A stretch of 24,793 bases of DNA, taken from the IMG/VR virus record IMGVR_UViG_2740892230_000034; one strand, written 5' to 3'. The DNA comes from a virus. Lineage: Duplodnaviria > Heunggongvirae > Uroviricota > Caudoviricetes. The translations under genes and the position numbers were made by a program. Shown here one piece after another: positions 7,981-17,066 of this stretch; position 1 is the first letter of the stretch; every line of letters starts with the position of its first letter. The notes beneath the pieces were generated by a model. The model did not search any database. It was not told the origin of the DNA and was given only the letters and a program-made list of their open reading frames with translations.

Positions 7981-8151
7981 CTGGGCATTAGCTCTTTCCT
8001 CTCTCAGGCTTTTAGCCAGTCGCTGCACAATCGCAGAGTTGATAGAAATTCCATCCATTTCAGCAACACGTCTAATCTCCTCCTTCATTCGCGCTGGCAA
8101 ACGAAGCTGGAAACTTTGACTTTTACGACCTGTGTAAAGCACATCTTTCAT
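7978..8151 (-). CDS. arc: Arc-like ribbon-helix-helix repressor (57 aa)
   Basis: MKDVLYTGRKSQSFQLRLPARMKEEIRRVAEMDGISINSAIVQRLAKSL, an RHH fold pattern (beta strand FQLRLP then two helices). Shine-Dalgarno GGGAGA 7 nt upstream of ATG 8149-8151. First gene of the minus-strand arc-ant operon. Confidence 0.8.
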   Translation of the reverse strand: MKDVLYTGRKSQSFQLRLPARMKEEIRRVAEMDGISINSAIVQRLAKSLREERANAQ

Positions 8152-8262
8152 AAGTAATTCTCCCACAATGATACCAACTTGGTTCTAGAACCAATTTAAC
8201 ACCATTTATTTTGATGTCAAGTTGGTGCTATTGTTTAGCGAACATCTTTACGTTGAGGTCAT
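8152..8262. promoter_or_regulatory. Divergent promoter/operator region between arc and the mnt-like gene, with a 16-bp perfect palindrome
   Basis: TTGGTTCTAGAACCAA at 8179-8194 is a perfect palindrome. A second 8-bp inverted pair is CCAACTTG (8174-8181) / CAAGTTGG (8218-8225). Confidence 0.55.
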
Positions 8263-8583
8263 ATGAGCAAGTTCCCTAGTCATGAAATGGATAGGTTCAA
8301 TATCAGGCTTCCTGCAGGAATGCGGGATGCTATAGCTGAACGAGCCAAACGTAACGGCAGATCAATGAACTCAGAGATTGTTCAGATACTGGAAGATGCC
8401 TTGAATGCAGAAAATACACTCGGGGAAATAGCAGATAAAATCAACAGCGTCTCGGTTCCGCTAAATGTTGATGCGCTAGTTCAACTTCAAGCCCAGGTTA
8501 TCGCCATGCAAAAAGAAATACAGGAAAAGTTCAGAGAGCAGAACGAAAAGTTGAGAGAACTGCTAAACAAAAAAACCACCTGA
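8263..8583 (+). CDS. Mnt-like ribbon-helix-helix repressor with C-terminal coiled coil (106 aa)
   Basis: FNIRLPAGMRDAIAERAKRNGRSMNSEIVQILEDAL closely resembles the P22 Mnt DNA-binding domain as I recall it (FNFRMPMEVREKLKFRAEANGRSMNSELLQIVQDAL), and the protein ends KKTT. It is divergent from arc, which is the P22 mnt position. Confidence 0.8.
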   Translation: MSKFPSHEMDRFNIRLPAGMRDAIAERAKRNGRSMNSEIVQILEDALNAENTLGEIADKINSVSVPLNVDALVQLQAQVIAMQKEIQEKFREQNEKLRELLNKKTT

Positions 8584-8606
8584 CGGTGGGTTAATTTTTG
8601 CCTTTT
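8573..8606 (+). terminator. Possible intrinsic terminator after the mnt-like gene
   Basis: Short stem CCACC (8576-8580) / GGTGG (8585-8589) with loop TGAC, followed by TTAATTTTTGCCTTTTTT. Confidence 0.4.
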
Positions 8607-8616
8607 TTGGACCATA

Positions 8617-8645
8617 TTGACTACTCATAAAATGAGATCAATATT
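8617..8645 (+). promoter_or_regulatory. Candidate sigma70 promoter for the YjzC-like gene, with an operator-like palindrome in the spacer
   Basis: TTGACT (8617-8622), a 17-bp spacer containing CTCAT-AAA-ATGAG (8624-8636), then a weak -10 AATATT (8640-8645). Confidence 0.35.
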
Positions 8646-8681
8646 TAATCGCCCAATAACGGGTGCATGTTGAGGTATATC

Positions 8682-8861
8682 ATGGCGAAAAAACCAGGTG
8701 AAAACACAGGAAAAAACGGCGGAATATACCAAGAAGTTGGCCCGCGCGGAGGTAAGAAAGACAATTTTGCCACCGTCAAGGACAACGAAAGGCTTCCGCC
8801 AACAACAAAGCCAGGTCATGGCTGGGTATTAGATAAGCGAACTCCAGACAGCAAAAAGTAA
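8682..8861 (+). CDS. Small YjzC-like protein (59 aa), function unknown
   Basis: MAKKPGENTGKNGGIYQEVGPRGGKKDNFATVKDNERLPPTTKPGHGWVLDKRTPDSKK. The pattern G-x-Y-x-E-V-G...P...W resembles the YjzC-like small protein family (from memory). Shine-Dalgarno GAGGT 5 nt upstream; own terminator downstream. Confidence 0.65.
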   Translation: MAKKPGENTGKNGGIYQEVGPRGGKKDNFATVKDNERLPPTTKPGHGWVLDKRTPDSKK

Positions 8862-8867
8862 TAATCA

Positions 8868-8890
8868 AGCCGGGTCACTCCGGCTTTTTG
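8868..8890. terminator. Bidirectional intrinsic terminator shared by the convergent YjzC-like and HExxH genes
   Basis: Stem AGCCGG (8868-8873) / CCGGCT (8880-8885) with loop GTCACT, followed by TTTTT. The minus-strand stop codon (8875-8877) lies in the loop. Confidence 0.7.
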
Positions 8891-9240
8891 ATATGTCGCT
8901 CGCAGAACTCAACAAGCCTGCTCATTAAGTAGCAGTAAGTCTCGTTGGCTCTTCCTGGTTCAACATCAACGCCGACCCTTGAGCAGATATCGAATGCCAT
9001 GTGAGCGCACTCATGGGCAATAGTAGATAGTTTACCATTGAACACACCTATCACATGCAAAACACCATTCTCGCTGCTCATTGTATGAGACGCTCCGTTG
9101 GCATCCGAGTCCTGCACGTCCACGCCAAGTTTTTGATGCAGGCGTTGCCATTCTGGAAAGTCTCTGCAAAACACAATTGTACCGCTCTCAAAGAGCGGAA
9201 CGAGCATTTTTGGTACGTTTCCAATGTTAACTTTTTTCAT
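8875..9240 (-). CDS. Hypothetical HExxH-motif protein (121 aa), possibly a minimal zincin-like metallopeptidase
   Basis: MKKVNIGNVPKMLVPLFESGTIVFCRDFPEWQRLHQKLG...KLSTIAHECAHMAFDICSRVGVDVEPGRANETYCY... contains HECAH with a Glu about 20 residues downstream. Shine-Dalgarno AGGA upstream of ATG 9238-9240. No confident family assignment. Confidence 0.6.
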   Translation of the reverse strand: MKKVNIGNVPKMLVPLFESGTIVFCRDFPEWQRLHQKLGVDVQDSDANGASHTMSSENGVLHVIGVFNGKLSTIAHECAHMAFDICSRVGVDVEPGRANETYCYLMSRLVEFCERHIKKPE

Positions 9241-9270
9241 GGTATCCTGCTCAAAACTAAGGAGGTTGGT

Positions 9271-9498
9271 GTGAAGCGATGGTTCCTCATAATTACTGTT
9301 TTCGCGATCATTTACACTATTTTCCCTGCATTAAAAGCACCAATGCAAATAATTTCACTAGCAATAATTTCGATTAGTGCTTTCATTGCAGTAGCCGTAC
9401 TTGTGTTTAAGGTTTTAAAGTTTTTAGTTTGGCTATCAAAAGATGATGGATGCAAAGTTCATCAAGAAAAAGAAGGCAAAATAACCAAAGTTGACTAA
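9271..9498 (+). CDS. Small hydrophobic membrane protein (75 aa, about 2 predicted transmembrane helices)
   Basis: Strong Shine-Dalgarno AAGGAGG (9259-9265) 5 nt upstream of GTG 9271. VKRWFLIITVFAIIYTIFPALKAPMQIISLAIISISAFIAVAVLVFKVLKFLVWLSKDDG... Its stop overlaps the stop of the convergent gp16-like gene. Confidence 0.5.
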   Translation: MKRWFLIITVFAIIYTIFPALKAPMQIISLAIISISAFIAVAVLVFKVLKFLVWLSKDDGCKVHQEKEGKITKVD

Positions 9499-11618
9499 CT
9501 GTCACTAGCGAGCCATGTAATAATCCCCGTGCGGGCAATGGTTTTTGCTTCATCTGTTGATAAGGTTTTCTCCCATCTCTTAAATGCCCCAGATTGCATC
9601 AGTTTCCTTTCTATTGCGCGTCTCACTTCTGCTCTGTCTACTGGTGCGTTTTGCAGGCGAAATAGCATTGATTTAAACTCAGGAGAAGATAGCAGAGCAT
9701 CAGCAGCCTTTATCCTGCTTGTTTTCCCTGACATCAATGCAGACGTTATCACCCCTGTTGCACCTACACCAGGGAGACCAGATAAGCTTGTAATACCTTC
9801 CGCCGCAGCAGCTTTTGAGGCTATTCCATAAATTTTTGCGAGACTACCCTTTTCTTTCAGAAAGTTATTAACTTGCTGATCCACAAGACTACTAGCATAC
9901 TGCTTACCAGTATTGAGTCTATTCATAGCCTTAGCTGCTTGATAAATCGTATCAAGGCGCTTTGATGCATCTGTGCCAATAGCATCACGGAGAGCCTTCA
10001 TATTGGCCCCATTGCGTGACATTCCGTTATACCATTTTACAAATCCATCAACTCCTAATTGCTGACCAGGTGATTTGGCATAGCTGGTAAATGCTTTATT
10101 CATTGAGGTGAGCGCAACTTCCTGCCGCATATCCTTTGGAATCGACTTCATTAATTGCCTAAAGTCGCCACCGTTTCCTTTTGCCATATTAACAACAGCA
10201 CTTTCAACTTTTGGAATTGCTGATTGCTGAAGTTTTCTACCCAAGACGGTTACAGCATCATCTTCAATGGATTTTCGTTTTTTTACCAACTCCTTACCAA
10301 GCGTCCATAATTCCCCTGCGCCATATTTTTCTGCGACAGCCTGTTGGTCATCTGTTATGGCTGCATATAACTTTTTAAGAACACCTGTTTCTTCATCCTT
10401 GAATGGACCAGAGCCTTTGCCAATAGCTTGTCCAACCTGCTTTCTAGCGAGATCTAAACGCCCATACGTTGGCAAGGTGTTTGGATCAAGTCGGTTCAAT
10501 GTCCGCTTCATTATTGGAGATAATTCATCAATTCCACCTATGTCATCAGCAAAATCCTCTAAAAAATTCAATGTATTAGTTGCCTCAATCCGGTCTCTTA
10601 CAGGAACCTTTTCGGCAATTTTGTTGTAGATGTTATCTGACTGATTTTGTAATGATGAAATGGTTTTATCAAAATTATCTGCAAGCCTGTCAGAAACCAG
10701 TTGCTTATCAAGGCTTCCCCCAAATGAAGTTATCATTTCATCAGCTTTTCTTCCTAATTCAGTAATAAAACGCTTATGCGCCTCACTAATCTCTGTTCCA
10801 GGGAGACTTGCCACTGCATTATCAAGAGCCCTGACAGCAGGATTATTAGAGATCATGCCTGGAGTGGCATAATTTTCCAGTTCTAGCTCACGAATAGCAT
10901 TTATCGCGTTAAAATCAGGATTAACTTCATCGGCGAAATCTTGAATAGCTCGTTGCCCGCCGATAAATTTATTGTCCATTGCGCCAGCAGCTTTCTTTAA
11001 CGTTGCTTTAGATGATTTACTACCCATCCCTACGGATGAGCGATAAATATCTCCGGCACTATTTTTAATTTTTCCTGCAATCTTCCCAAGCGCTGGACCA
11101 ACAATCTCGGCTACAGGGCCAGCCACAGCGCCAATAGCAGCGCCGGAAGCAACATCGCTATTTGTTCCATTGGCTACAATAGCCCCTTCTCCAGCACCAA
11201 GCCCTGCGGCGGCAGCCAGCCTTGCCGCCCCTTTCGGAACCTGAGAAATAATCCCACCACCACTAACAAATGGCGCTGCTTGTCCAACGAACTCACCAAC
11301 ATCTTGTGCGGTTGATGGTTTTGCCGCTAACTTCTGCTGTAGAGACTGAATTGCGGCTTGCTCTTCTGGTGTCATGTCCTGAAACAGGCCAACACCTTTA
11401 CCAACATCCATCAATCCACTGAGAACGCCATACATAAAACGGTCGAAGCCGTTAGCATTATTAACAACATTTTCCTGTCTGGAATTTTCCTCTAGTGAAA
11501 CCAAAGGAGATTGCTGCTGTTCTGGTTGTGCATCAAGCACAAAGCCATCAGGAAGCTGTGAGTTATCAGGCTGATTATCGAGAACAAATCCTTCGGGTAA
11601 ACCTACATCGGTTGCCAT
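9495..11618 (-). CDS. Ejection (injection) protein, P22 gp16-like (707 aa)
   Basis: Last of three consecutive ejection-protein genes in conserved P22-like order. Ala/Gly-rich with a long open frame; overlaps the upstream gene end. Confidence 0.8.
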   Translation of the reverse strand: MATDVGLPEGFVLDNQPDNSQLPDGFVLDAQPEQQQSPLVSLEENSRQENVVNNANGFDRFMYGVLSGLMDVGKGVGLFQDMTPEEQAAIQSLQQKLAAKPSTAQDVGEFVGQAAPFVSGGGIISQVPKGAARLAAAAGLGAGEGAIVANGTNSDVASGAAIGAVAGPVAEIVGPALGKIAGKIKNSAGDIYRSSVGMGSKSSKATLKKAAGAMDNKFIGGQRAIQDFADEVNPDFNAINAIRELELENYATPGMISNNPAVRALDNAVASLPGTEISEAHKRFITELGRKADEMITSFGGSLDKQLVSDRLADNFDKTISSLQNQSDNIYNKIAEKVPVRDRIEATNTLNFLEDFADDIGGIDELSPIMKRTLNRLDPNTLPTYGRLDLARKQVGQAIGKGSGPFKDEETGVLKKLYAAITDDQQAVAEKYGAGELWTLGKELVKKRKSIEDDAVTVLGRKLQQSAIPKVESAVVNMAKGNGGDFRQLMKSIPKDMRQEVALTSMNKAFTSYAKSPGQQLGVDGFVKWYNGMSRNGANMKALRDAIGTDASKRLDTIYQAAKAMNRLNTGKQYASSLVDQQVNNFLKEKGSLAKIYGIASKAAAAEGITSLSGLPGVGATGVITSALMSGKTSRIKAADALLSSPEFKSMLFRLQNAPVDRAEVRRAIERKLMQSGAFKRWEKTLSTDEAKTIARTGIITWLASDS

Positions 11619-12946
11619 TGTCCGTTCCTATAAATGAGTTTCTGACCAGTTTTAGGGTTCGTTGCCGTCGCGCCTTCTGATATCCCACTTGGCGCAGCTT
11701 TTGTCTGCCCATTACCACCTTGTGGTGTAGGCTGCGCTGGGACATCGTCAAATAGCTTGGCCTTCCTTCTCCCTAAGCTTTTTTTCAGCCCTTGAGGAAT
11801 AGTATCTCCATACGTATCCAGATATTCGTCTACCTGCTGGTTAAACTGCTGCCCCATAGCGTTGGCGTTAATTTTGGCTGCGTTAACAATGTTATCCCTC
11901 GCTTCCTGTGACAAGCCATTCCCTGCATTAAGCTGGTCTACATATCCTTTTATCTGCCCCCATATGCCATCAGAGCGCATGACCTGAACCTGTTCACCTT
12001 CGCGAACAACTGACTGAGGGTCGAGAGACTTCATGTAATTAAAGATAATCCCAAGTTGGGCAGCGCCAGTATTTACCTTGCTAAGGGCTTGCAGAGAGTT
12101 TGCCGCCGCTCTGACAGAGTTATAATTTTTGCCAAAATTGGTAATATCAGAATTTAATCCCTTAATTAAGTCTGCTGACGGCTTACCTTTTTGCCCCAGC
12201 TCCATTAGCTTCAATCCCATCTCATCTGAGTGCATTTGTGCCCGCTGAGCCCTGTCTAGTTGAGCATTTTGGATATTTGCCCATCCTCTCGCGTTCTCCA
12301 TGTCAGCCTGACGGATGCTTTCATCCAATCGCCCTTTCTCAAGTTGGCGACCAACCATCTTATCCTGATAATCCAGCATTTTATCCGGACCAACAGCCCC
12401 TAGCGTCATAGTAGTCAGCATGTGTGATAGCTGCTCTGGATTCTGAATACCTGTCTGAATCATCCAGTCAGCATTAGCACCAACGCGATTTAACCTGTCC
12501 TTGTTGTCAGTAATGAATTTACTGTAGGCTTCCGGCCCCTGAGAAAGAGCGACGTTAGCCCTCATGGCTAAATCGCCCATATCGTTGCGTTGCTGATCAT
12601 TAAGACCGGAAAACGCCTGTTGTGCCTGTGCAACAAACGCTGGATTTTCCTGGGCAAACTTAAATAGTCCCGATGGATCACCAGAAGCCCATGCATCAGC
12701 GTGAACCTTATTGAACGCACTAATAGCTTTCTGTTGCTGTTCCTGATTGTAAATATCAGCAACTCCAGCCAGACCACGTAACGCGGTCAGGCCAACGTTA
12801 TTTGCACCTGAGCGAGCCAGTTCATTGTTTTCGCGGATCAGACCAAGCGTTGCGTTAATGTCGCTTGCCTTTGGCGCATTCTCATTTTGCGTACCGATGC
12901 CAGCCAGAAAACCACCAGAATTAATACCCTGTTGCCACGTAGCCAT
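11603..12946 (-). CDS. Ejection protein, P22 gp20-like (447 aa)
   Basis: Position and size in P22-like synteny. Shine-Dalgarno AAGGGG upstream of the ATG. Confidence 0.8.
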   Translation of the reverse strand: MATWQQGINSGGFLAGIGTQNENAPKASDINATLGLIRENNELARSGANNVGLTALRGLAGVADIYNQEQQQKAISAFNKVHADAWASGDPSGLFKFAQENPAFVAQAQQAFSGLNDQQRNDMGDLAMRANVALSQGPEAYSKFITDNKDRLNRVGANADWMIQTGIQNPEQLSHMLTTMTLGAVGPDKMLDYQDKMVGRQLEKGRLDESIRQADMENARGWANIQNAQLDRAQRAQMHSDEMGLKLMELGQKGKPSADLIKGLNSDITNFGKNYNSVRAAANSLQALSKVNTGAAQLGIIFNYMKSLDPQSVVREGEQVQVMRSDGIWGQIKGYVDQLNAGNGLSQEARDNIVNAAKINANAMGQQFNQQVDEYLDTYGDTIPQGLKKSLGRRKAKLFDDVPAQPTPQGGNGQTKAAPSGISEGATATNPKTGQKLIYRNGQWQPM

Positions 12947-12956
12947 TGATTACCCC

Positions 12957-13649
12957 TTAAAACAACGAGCCAAGCAGACCAAGACCGCCGCCGATCGCAG
13001 CCCCCCACGGAGTTGATGAACCAATTAATTTCGCAAGTCCAGCCCCAGCAATAGCACCAGACGCACCTCCGCCAATAGCAGATTGCATTGCTGATGGTCT
13101 GTTGGCGTTTGCCGCCGCCAGCGCCGCGCTTTGCTGTGAAATCTGGCTCATGTTGTTGGCATATGTTTGCCCGGCGTTTGCCTGACCTTGCAGTGCGCCA
13201 AGACCAATATTTGCCAGATTCTGGTAGTTGTTCATCTGACCAGATAGCCATTGCTGACCAAGCGTTGGTGCGATTGTTGCTAACTGATTACCGGTTGCAG
13301 TGGAACCCAATCCACCTGTTGCTTCCGCTGCCGCCAGACTCTGATAGCGAGCCTGACCAGCAAGATCTTTGTACTGCTGAGAGTTGTAATACTGGTTAAG
13401 TGCCTGACCTTGCCCTTCCAGAGACGATAAGTTCTCGAGGCTGCCGACATACTTATCAGCCAGAGGAGTAAACGGCTTCAGGTTGTTCATGATGGTGTTG
13501 AACTGCTGATTTTGCAGGTCTGCTGCATACTTCTGAGCTTCTGCGGCATACTTTGCGCTTTTATCAGAACTGCCACCTTTCCCGCCTTTTTCAGGGCAAT
13601 AAGGTTCCTCGCCGCGCAGTTTTCTGCCCAGCTTAAATGCATATAACAT
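12957..13649 (-). CDS. Ejection protein, P22 gp7-like (230 aa)
   Basis: Position and size (P22 gp7 is about 229 aa from memory). Gln/Ala/Gly-rich low-complexity sequence typical of this family. Shine-Dalgarno GGGAGA. Confidence 0.8.
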   Translation of the reverse strand: MLYAFKLGRKLRGEEPYCPEKGGKGGSSDKSAKYAAEAQKYAADLQNQQFNTIMNNLKPFTPLADKYVGSLENLSSLEGQGQALNQYYNSQQYKDLAGQARYQSLAAAEATGGLGSTATGNQLATIAPTLGQQWLSGQMNNYQNLANIGLGALQGQANAGQTYANNMSQISQQSAALAAANANRPSAMQSAIGGGASGAIAGAGLAKLIGSSTPWGAAIGGGLGLLGSLF

Positions 13650-13651
13650 GG

Positions 13652-14110
13652 CTATCTCCCGTGATTCAGGAAGTCGATTAGTTCTTCGCGTGTAGCACTG
13701 TAAAATGTCACGTCATCCACGCCTTTGAAGTATTTCTTGATGGTTCCTACACGCTTAAGGCCAATCATTGCGCAGTAAATCTGCCCGTGGCGGAATTTGC
13801 GTGCGGCGAACGATGTGACGCACTGAACGGTGGTGTTAGTCAGAATGTATCGCCAGAACGCCAGCCCGATTTCCTTGCTGAAGCCGCGAATCTCTGGCAG
13901 GTACATGGCGTGGCAATCAAAGGTTAGCGGCTGAATTTCCTGATAGTAAACAATGCCGCCAAACTGACCGTGCACGTTCACCTCGAAGTAACGGCATTCA
14001 GGCTTGTAGTCGTATCCATCACCGTTGTTGCTTCCGGCAATAATGTCAGGGTGATTTCCGACTGCTTCGATCAGGTCGATGTTTCGCGTTGGTTTGAACT
14101 GAATCATCAC
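13652..14110 (-). CDS. Head assembly / DNA-transfer accessory protein, P22 gp14-like (152 aa)
   Basis: Sits between the tail needle and gp7-like genes, as in P22/Sf6 synteny. Confidence 0.7.
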   Translation of the reverse strand: MMIQFKPTRNIDLIEAVGNHPDIIAGSNNGDGYDYKPECRYFEVNVHGQFGGIVYYQEIQPLTFDCHAMYLPEIRGFSKEIGLAFWRYILTNTTVQCVTSFAARKFRHGQIYCAMIGLKRVGTIKKYFKGVDDVTFYSATREELIDFLNHGR

Positions 14111-14955
14111 TGCTCCGCAATGATTTTGATGGTTGTGGCAGTAAACGCCGCCCCATTTGACTGAATGGTTAACGTACTGCCATTTGTGGCAAGAAAGCCG
14201 TCTTTATCCACGCTGAAGAACGTAGCTAACAGAATGTTGTCGGTTGTTGTCGCCGAGTTGCGACTGCTTACCAGTGTGTCAGGAACAGAACCGGAAAATG
14301 TTAGCTGCATTGACCTGTTGGCGGTTCCGCTGGGCCACGTCCCGACAATCGACAGCTTGAAGAACAGGGTTTTGTTCTCGTTGAACACAACCATCTTGTT
14401 GTTAACAGTGTCGAAGAATGGTGCCAACGTTCCGGATGACGGCGTGAGCGTTTTCAGCAGGCTAACAAGGTTGGTCGGCGCTGTCGGGATGGTTACAGAT
14501 ACGCCAGAGTAAACAACCTCTGACTTCTTGCGCGTGGTTGCATACTCCAGAGCATCAATGCGCGTTTCATGGTCTGAAAGCGTGTTTTGAATGGCGACAA
14601 CTTCATCAGTCAGATACTCAATATCGTTTTCTGCTGTCGTTAATCGTGAATCAAGGCCGACTATCGCCGCTTCTGCGTTAGTGATCCTTGTTTCGTGGTC
14701 CTGTATCTTCGCTTCAGCCGATGCCAGTCGAATTTCGTGATCGACCAGAATCACATCCTGCTCATCGTTCCTGACCTGTGCATCATAAGCGCCCTGTCCG
14801 GCCTCGTTGGCCTTGTTAGCCACGTTGCCAACATCAGTACCCTGTGCGATAACGTACAGCAGATATGACTGCGAGAAGATATTGCGTGGAAGGACTGATG
14901 TATCGAGCCGCGTAGCCTGCACAATAACAGGGGTATTGAGATTCGAATCCGCCAT
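14107..14955 (-). CDS. Tail needle protein (P22 gp26 homologue) with a C-terminal knob domain
   Basis: N-terminus [68 protein letters not shown] is the conserved gp26 N-terminal domain and coiled coil. The Ser/Thr-rich C-terminal region of the 282-aa protein is consistent with an Sf6-type knob. Confidence 0.9.
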   Translation of the reverse strand: MADSNLNTPVIVQATRLDTSVLPRNIFSQSYLLYVIAQGTDVGNVANKANEAGQGAYDAQVRNDEQDVILVDHEIRLASAEAKIQDHETRITNAEAAIVGLDSRLTTAENDIEYLTDEVVAIQNTLSDHETRIDALEYATTRKKSEVVYSGVSVTIPTAPTNLVSLLKTLTPSSGTLAPFFDTVNNKMVVFNENKTLFFKLSIVGTWPSGTANRSMQLTFSGSVPDTLVSSRNSATTTDNILLATFFSVDKDGFLATNGSTLTIQSNGAAFTATTIKIIAEQ

Positions 14956-16373
14956 TACTCAATCCTTATCTGGCAGCCAGACAAAGTGACAGGTGACTTC
15001 GTGATAACGCGCAATTTGAAGCCAATGTTTTTCCTGATGCGCCCTACTTTCTTCCACAAAACGCGTTTGTCGTAAACGAACGGTTCATTCTGCTCAATCA
15101 TCTGCTCACGCCCGTAATTGATGCCGTCAGTGGTTGCAGAGAGAAAAAGGCGGTCGGCGTACTGCGCAACGCCAGTTGACGATTCAACTTCAAGGTCGAA
15201 AACTCTGGCGTTATCCGCTTTGAACAACGGAGTAAACAGCAGGTGTTCCTGTTGCTTGTCGTACTGGCTGCTGATATCGAACTGCAATTTCCCGGTAACC
15301 GATTCCAGCTTATCGCCGCACGTTATCTGATTGCCTTCGTAAATGAAGTCGATAGCGCGGTACACATCGTCATACAAGCCAGTTTTCAACACACACCATT
15401 GCGGACCATTGGCGCTTGAAGATGCGTCGTACACGAGAACATGGCGCGGAAGGTGGATAATCAGCAACTCATGAGCATCAAATCTCAGCGATTCCATCAC
15501 ACCATCAGCCAGTTCATCAGCAGTGTAGGAGCGGAGGATTTTCTCAATGCTCGCGCTGGCGATTGGTGAAACCTGACCGGATCCGATGATGTATACAGAC
15601 GGAGCACCTGTTGCCGGATTGCTGATGAACGCATAAGAATCAGCGAATGGCGTTTTGCAGTAAGTCCCGGCGATGCCTTTTTGCACCATCAGTGATGGCT
15701 GTGCGACATACAAAGCGGCACCAACGGTGGTTGCGCCAGTCAGGGAAAAATACTCAATCGTCGATGAACCAAAGCAGACGATGAAGTCTCGCCATGTTCC
15801 GATTCCGATGATGCCGTCAGGCTGCGACTCGGCACGATATTGTGCGCTGTAGCGGTCAGGATGCGATTCGTCTTCAAGGTCAGTGATAAACCATGAATCA
15901 GTGCCGTCTTTTGACCACGCATAACGCCCGCGTAAGCGCGTAATGTCACGAACAGAACCTAACTCATACTGCGTAAACCCGCTGTCTGCAGGCCAGTTTG
16001 AGACGGTTTTAACCGTGCCATCATAGCGATACTCGACCAGTTGACCATTAACGCCTACAGCCTGAGATGTCCGACCATGTGCCATTGATACGCGACCACT
16101 TCCAGCGACGTCACCGACTTCGCTTTCGCCTTTGTAGAGCTTCCCACCACACACGCGATAAACAGCATTCTGCGCCATGTTGTACTCGACACCGCGCGAT
16201 ACACCATTCACATCAGAACGTTTGGCAATGCCAGGGAATGAGCGAAGATATCCGCTGCTGTTGAGTATTTCTTTGGGTGTAGCCAACATATTCACTGGCA
16301 GATAGTCGATATAGTCGGCGTTTCGAAAGTCTTTGCCGACACCTTTCATAAGCGGAAGTTGCTGAATCGGCAT
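14955..16373 (-). CDS. Tail hub / tail accessory factor, P22 gp10-like (472 aa)
   Basis: Size and position upstream of the needle gene; its stop overlaps the needle gene start. Confidence 0.8.
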   Translation of the reverse strand: MPIQQLPLMKGVGKDFRNADYIDYLPVNMLATPKEILNSSGYLRSFPGIAKRSDVNGVSRGVEYNMAQNAVYRVCGGKLYKGESEVGDVAGSGRVSMAHGRTSQAVGVNGQLVEYRYDGTVKTVSNWPADSGFTQYELGSVRDITRLRGRYAWSKDGTDSWFITDLEDESHPDRYSAQYRAESQPDGIIGIGTWRDFIVCFGSSTIEYFSLTGATTVGAALYVAQPSLMVQKGIAGTYCKTPFADSYAFISNPATGAPSVYIIGSGQVSPIASASIEKILRSYTADELADGVMESLRFDAHELLIIHLPRHVLVYDASSSANGPQWCVLKTGLYDDVYRAIDFIYEGNQITCGDKLESVTGKLQFDISSQYDKQQEHLLFTPLFKADNARVFDLEVESSTGVAQYADRLFLSATTDGINYGREQMIEQNEPFVYDKRVLWKKVGRIRKNIGFKLRVITKSPVTLSGCQIRIE

Positions 16374-16381
16374 TTATTCAC

Positions 16382-16864
16382 CTATGCGTTTGGGATATCG
16401 CCATCAATCAGAGGGAGATCGCCTGGATAATATCGGTCAGATGTAAACACGTCATATTTATTACCCTGTCCTACAGGAAAATCTCCACGTCGTCGCATTG
16501 AAGGAACAACCAGAGTGTCGGTCATCAAGGCATCATATGAGCGTTTGGCGTTACTGAGAACTTGCGGAGTTGGTTCAAGGCTGTAATCAGATAGCATTCT
16601 CAGCAATAACTGATAGCCTACTGCGTGTTTGTATTTTCTTGGAAGACCTGACTCATCATCTGGTAATGGCTGCTCATCTCCAGTTGCGAAAGCGTAACCA
16701 ATGTCGCCGGGGTTAATCATCCACTCGGACATCATATCTTCCAGATCATTTACACCATCTTCAATTGATTGCGGCTCAACATCAGTCAGCGATGCATTAG
16801 AAGCAATAGCAAACTTACGAAGCGCAAAAAGGACGATCTCACCCTTTGTCAGTACTGTTGCCAT
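16382..16864 (-). CDS. Tail accessory factor / head completion protein, P22 gp4-like (160 aa)
   Basis: Size and position between the coat region and the gp10-like gene. Confidence 0.75.
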   Translation of the reverse strand: MATVLTKGEIVLFALRKFAIASNASLTDVEPQSIEDGVNDLEDMMSEWMINPGDIGYAFATGDEQPLPDDESGLPRKYKHAVGYQLLLRMLSDYSLEPTPQVLSNAKRSYDALMTDTLVVPSMRRRGDFPVGQGNKYDVFTSDRYYPGDLPLIDGDIPNA

Positions 16865-17024
16865 TGTCTGCCGCCTTACGACCTCGCTTACTGGTCGGTT
16901 TCAATTCATCAACTGAGGCAACAAAGCCCAACTTTTCGAAAAACTGGAAGTCTTTTTCTGCGATAACGGCCTGTACATGTCCGGATTCGTTATCTGCGGC
17001 AAGGAATACACTCATGCGATCCAT
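16839..17024 (-). CDS. Small hypothetical protein (61 aa) between coat and gp4-like genes
   Basis: Shine-Dalgarno AAGGAA 5 nt upstream of ATG 17022-17024. Overlaps the gp4-like start by 26 nt. Confidence 0.45.
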   Translation of the reverse strand: MDRMSVFLAADNESGHVQAVIAEKDFQFFEKLGFVASVDELKPTSKRGRKAADNGNSTDKG

Positions 17025-17040
17025 ATTGTTTCCTTAAAAC

Positions 17041-17062
17041 ATAAAAGGGGCGGAAGCCCCTT
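17041..17062 (-). terminator. Intrinsic terminator or attenuator immediately after the coat gene
   Basis: Stem AAGGGGC / GCCCCTT with loop GGAA at 17045-17062. On the minus strand it is followed by TTTTAT. Confidence 0.55.
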
Positions 17063-17066
17063 GTTA

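Noticed and set aside
9055-9270. Long 147-aa form of the plus-strand membrane-protein ORF
   Set aside because: It would be entirely antisense to the HExxH gene. A consensus Shine-Dalgarno precedes the internal GTG at 9271.
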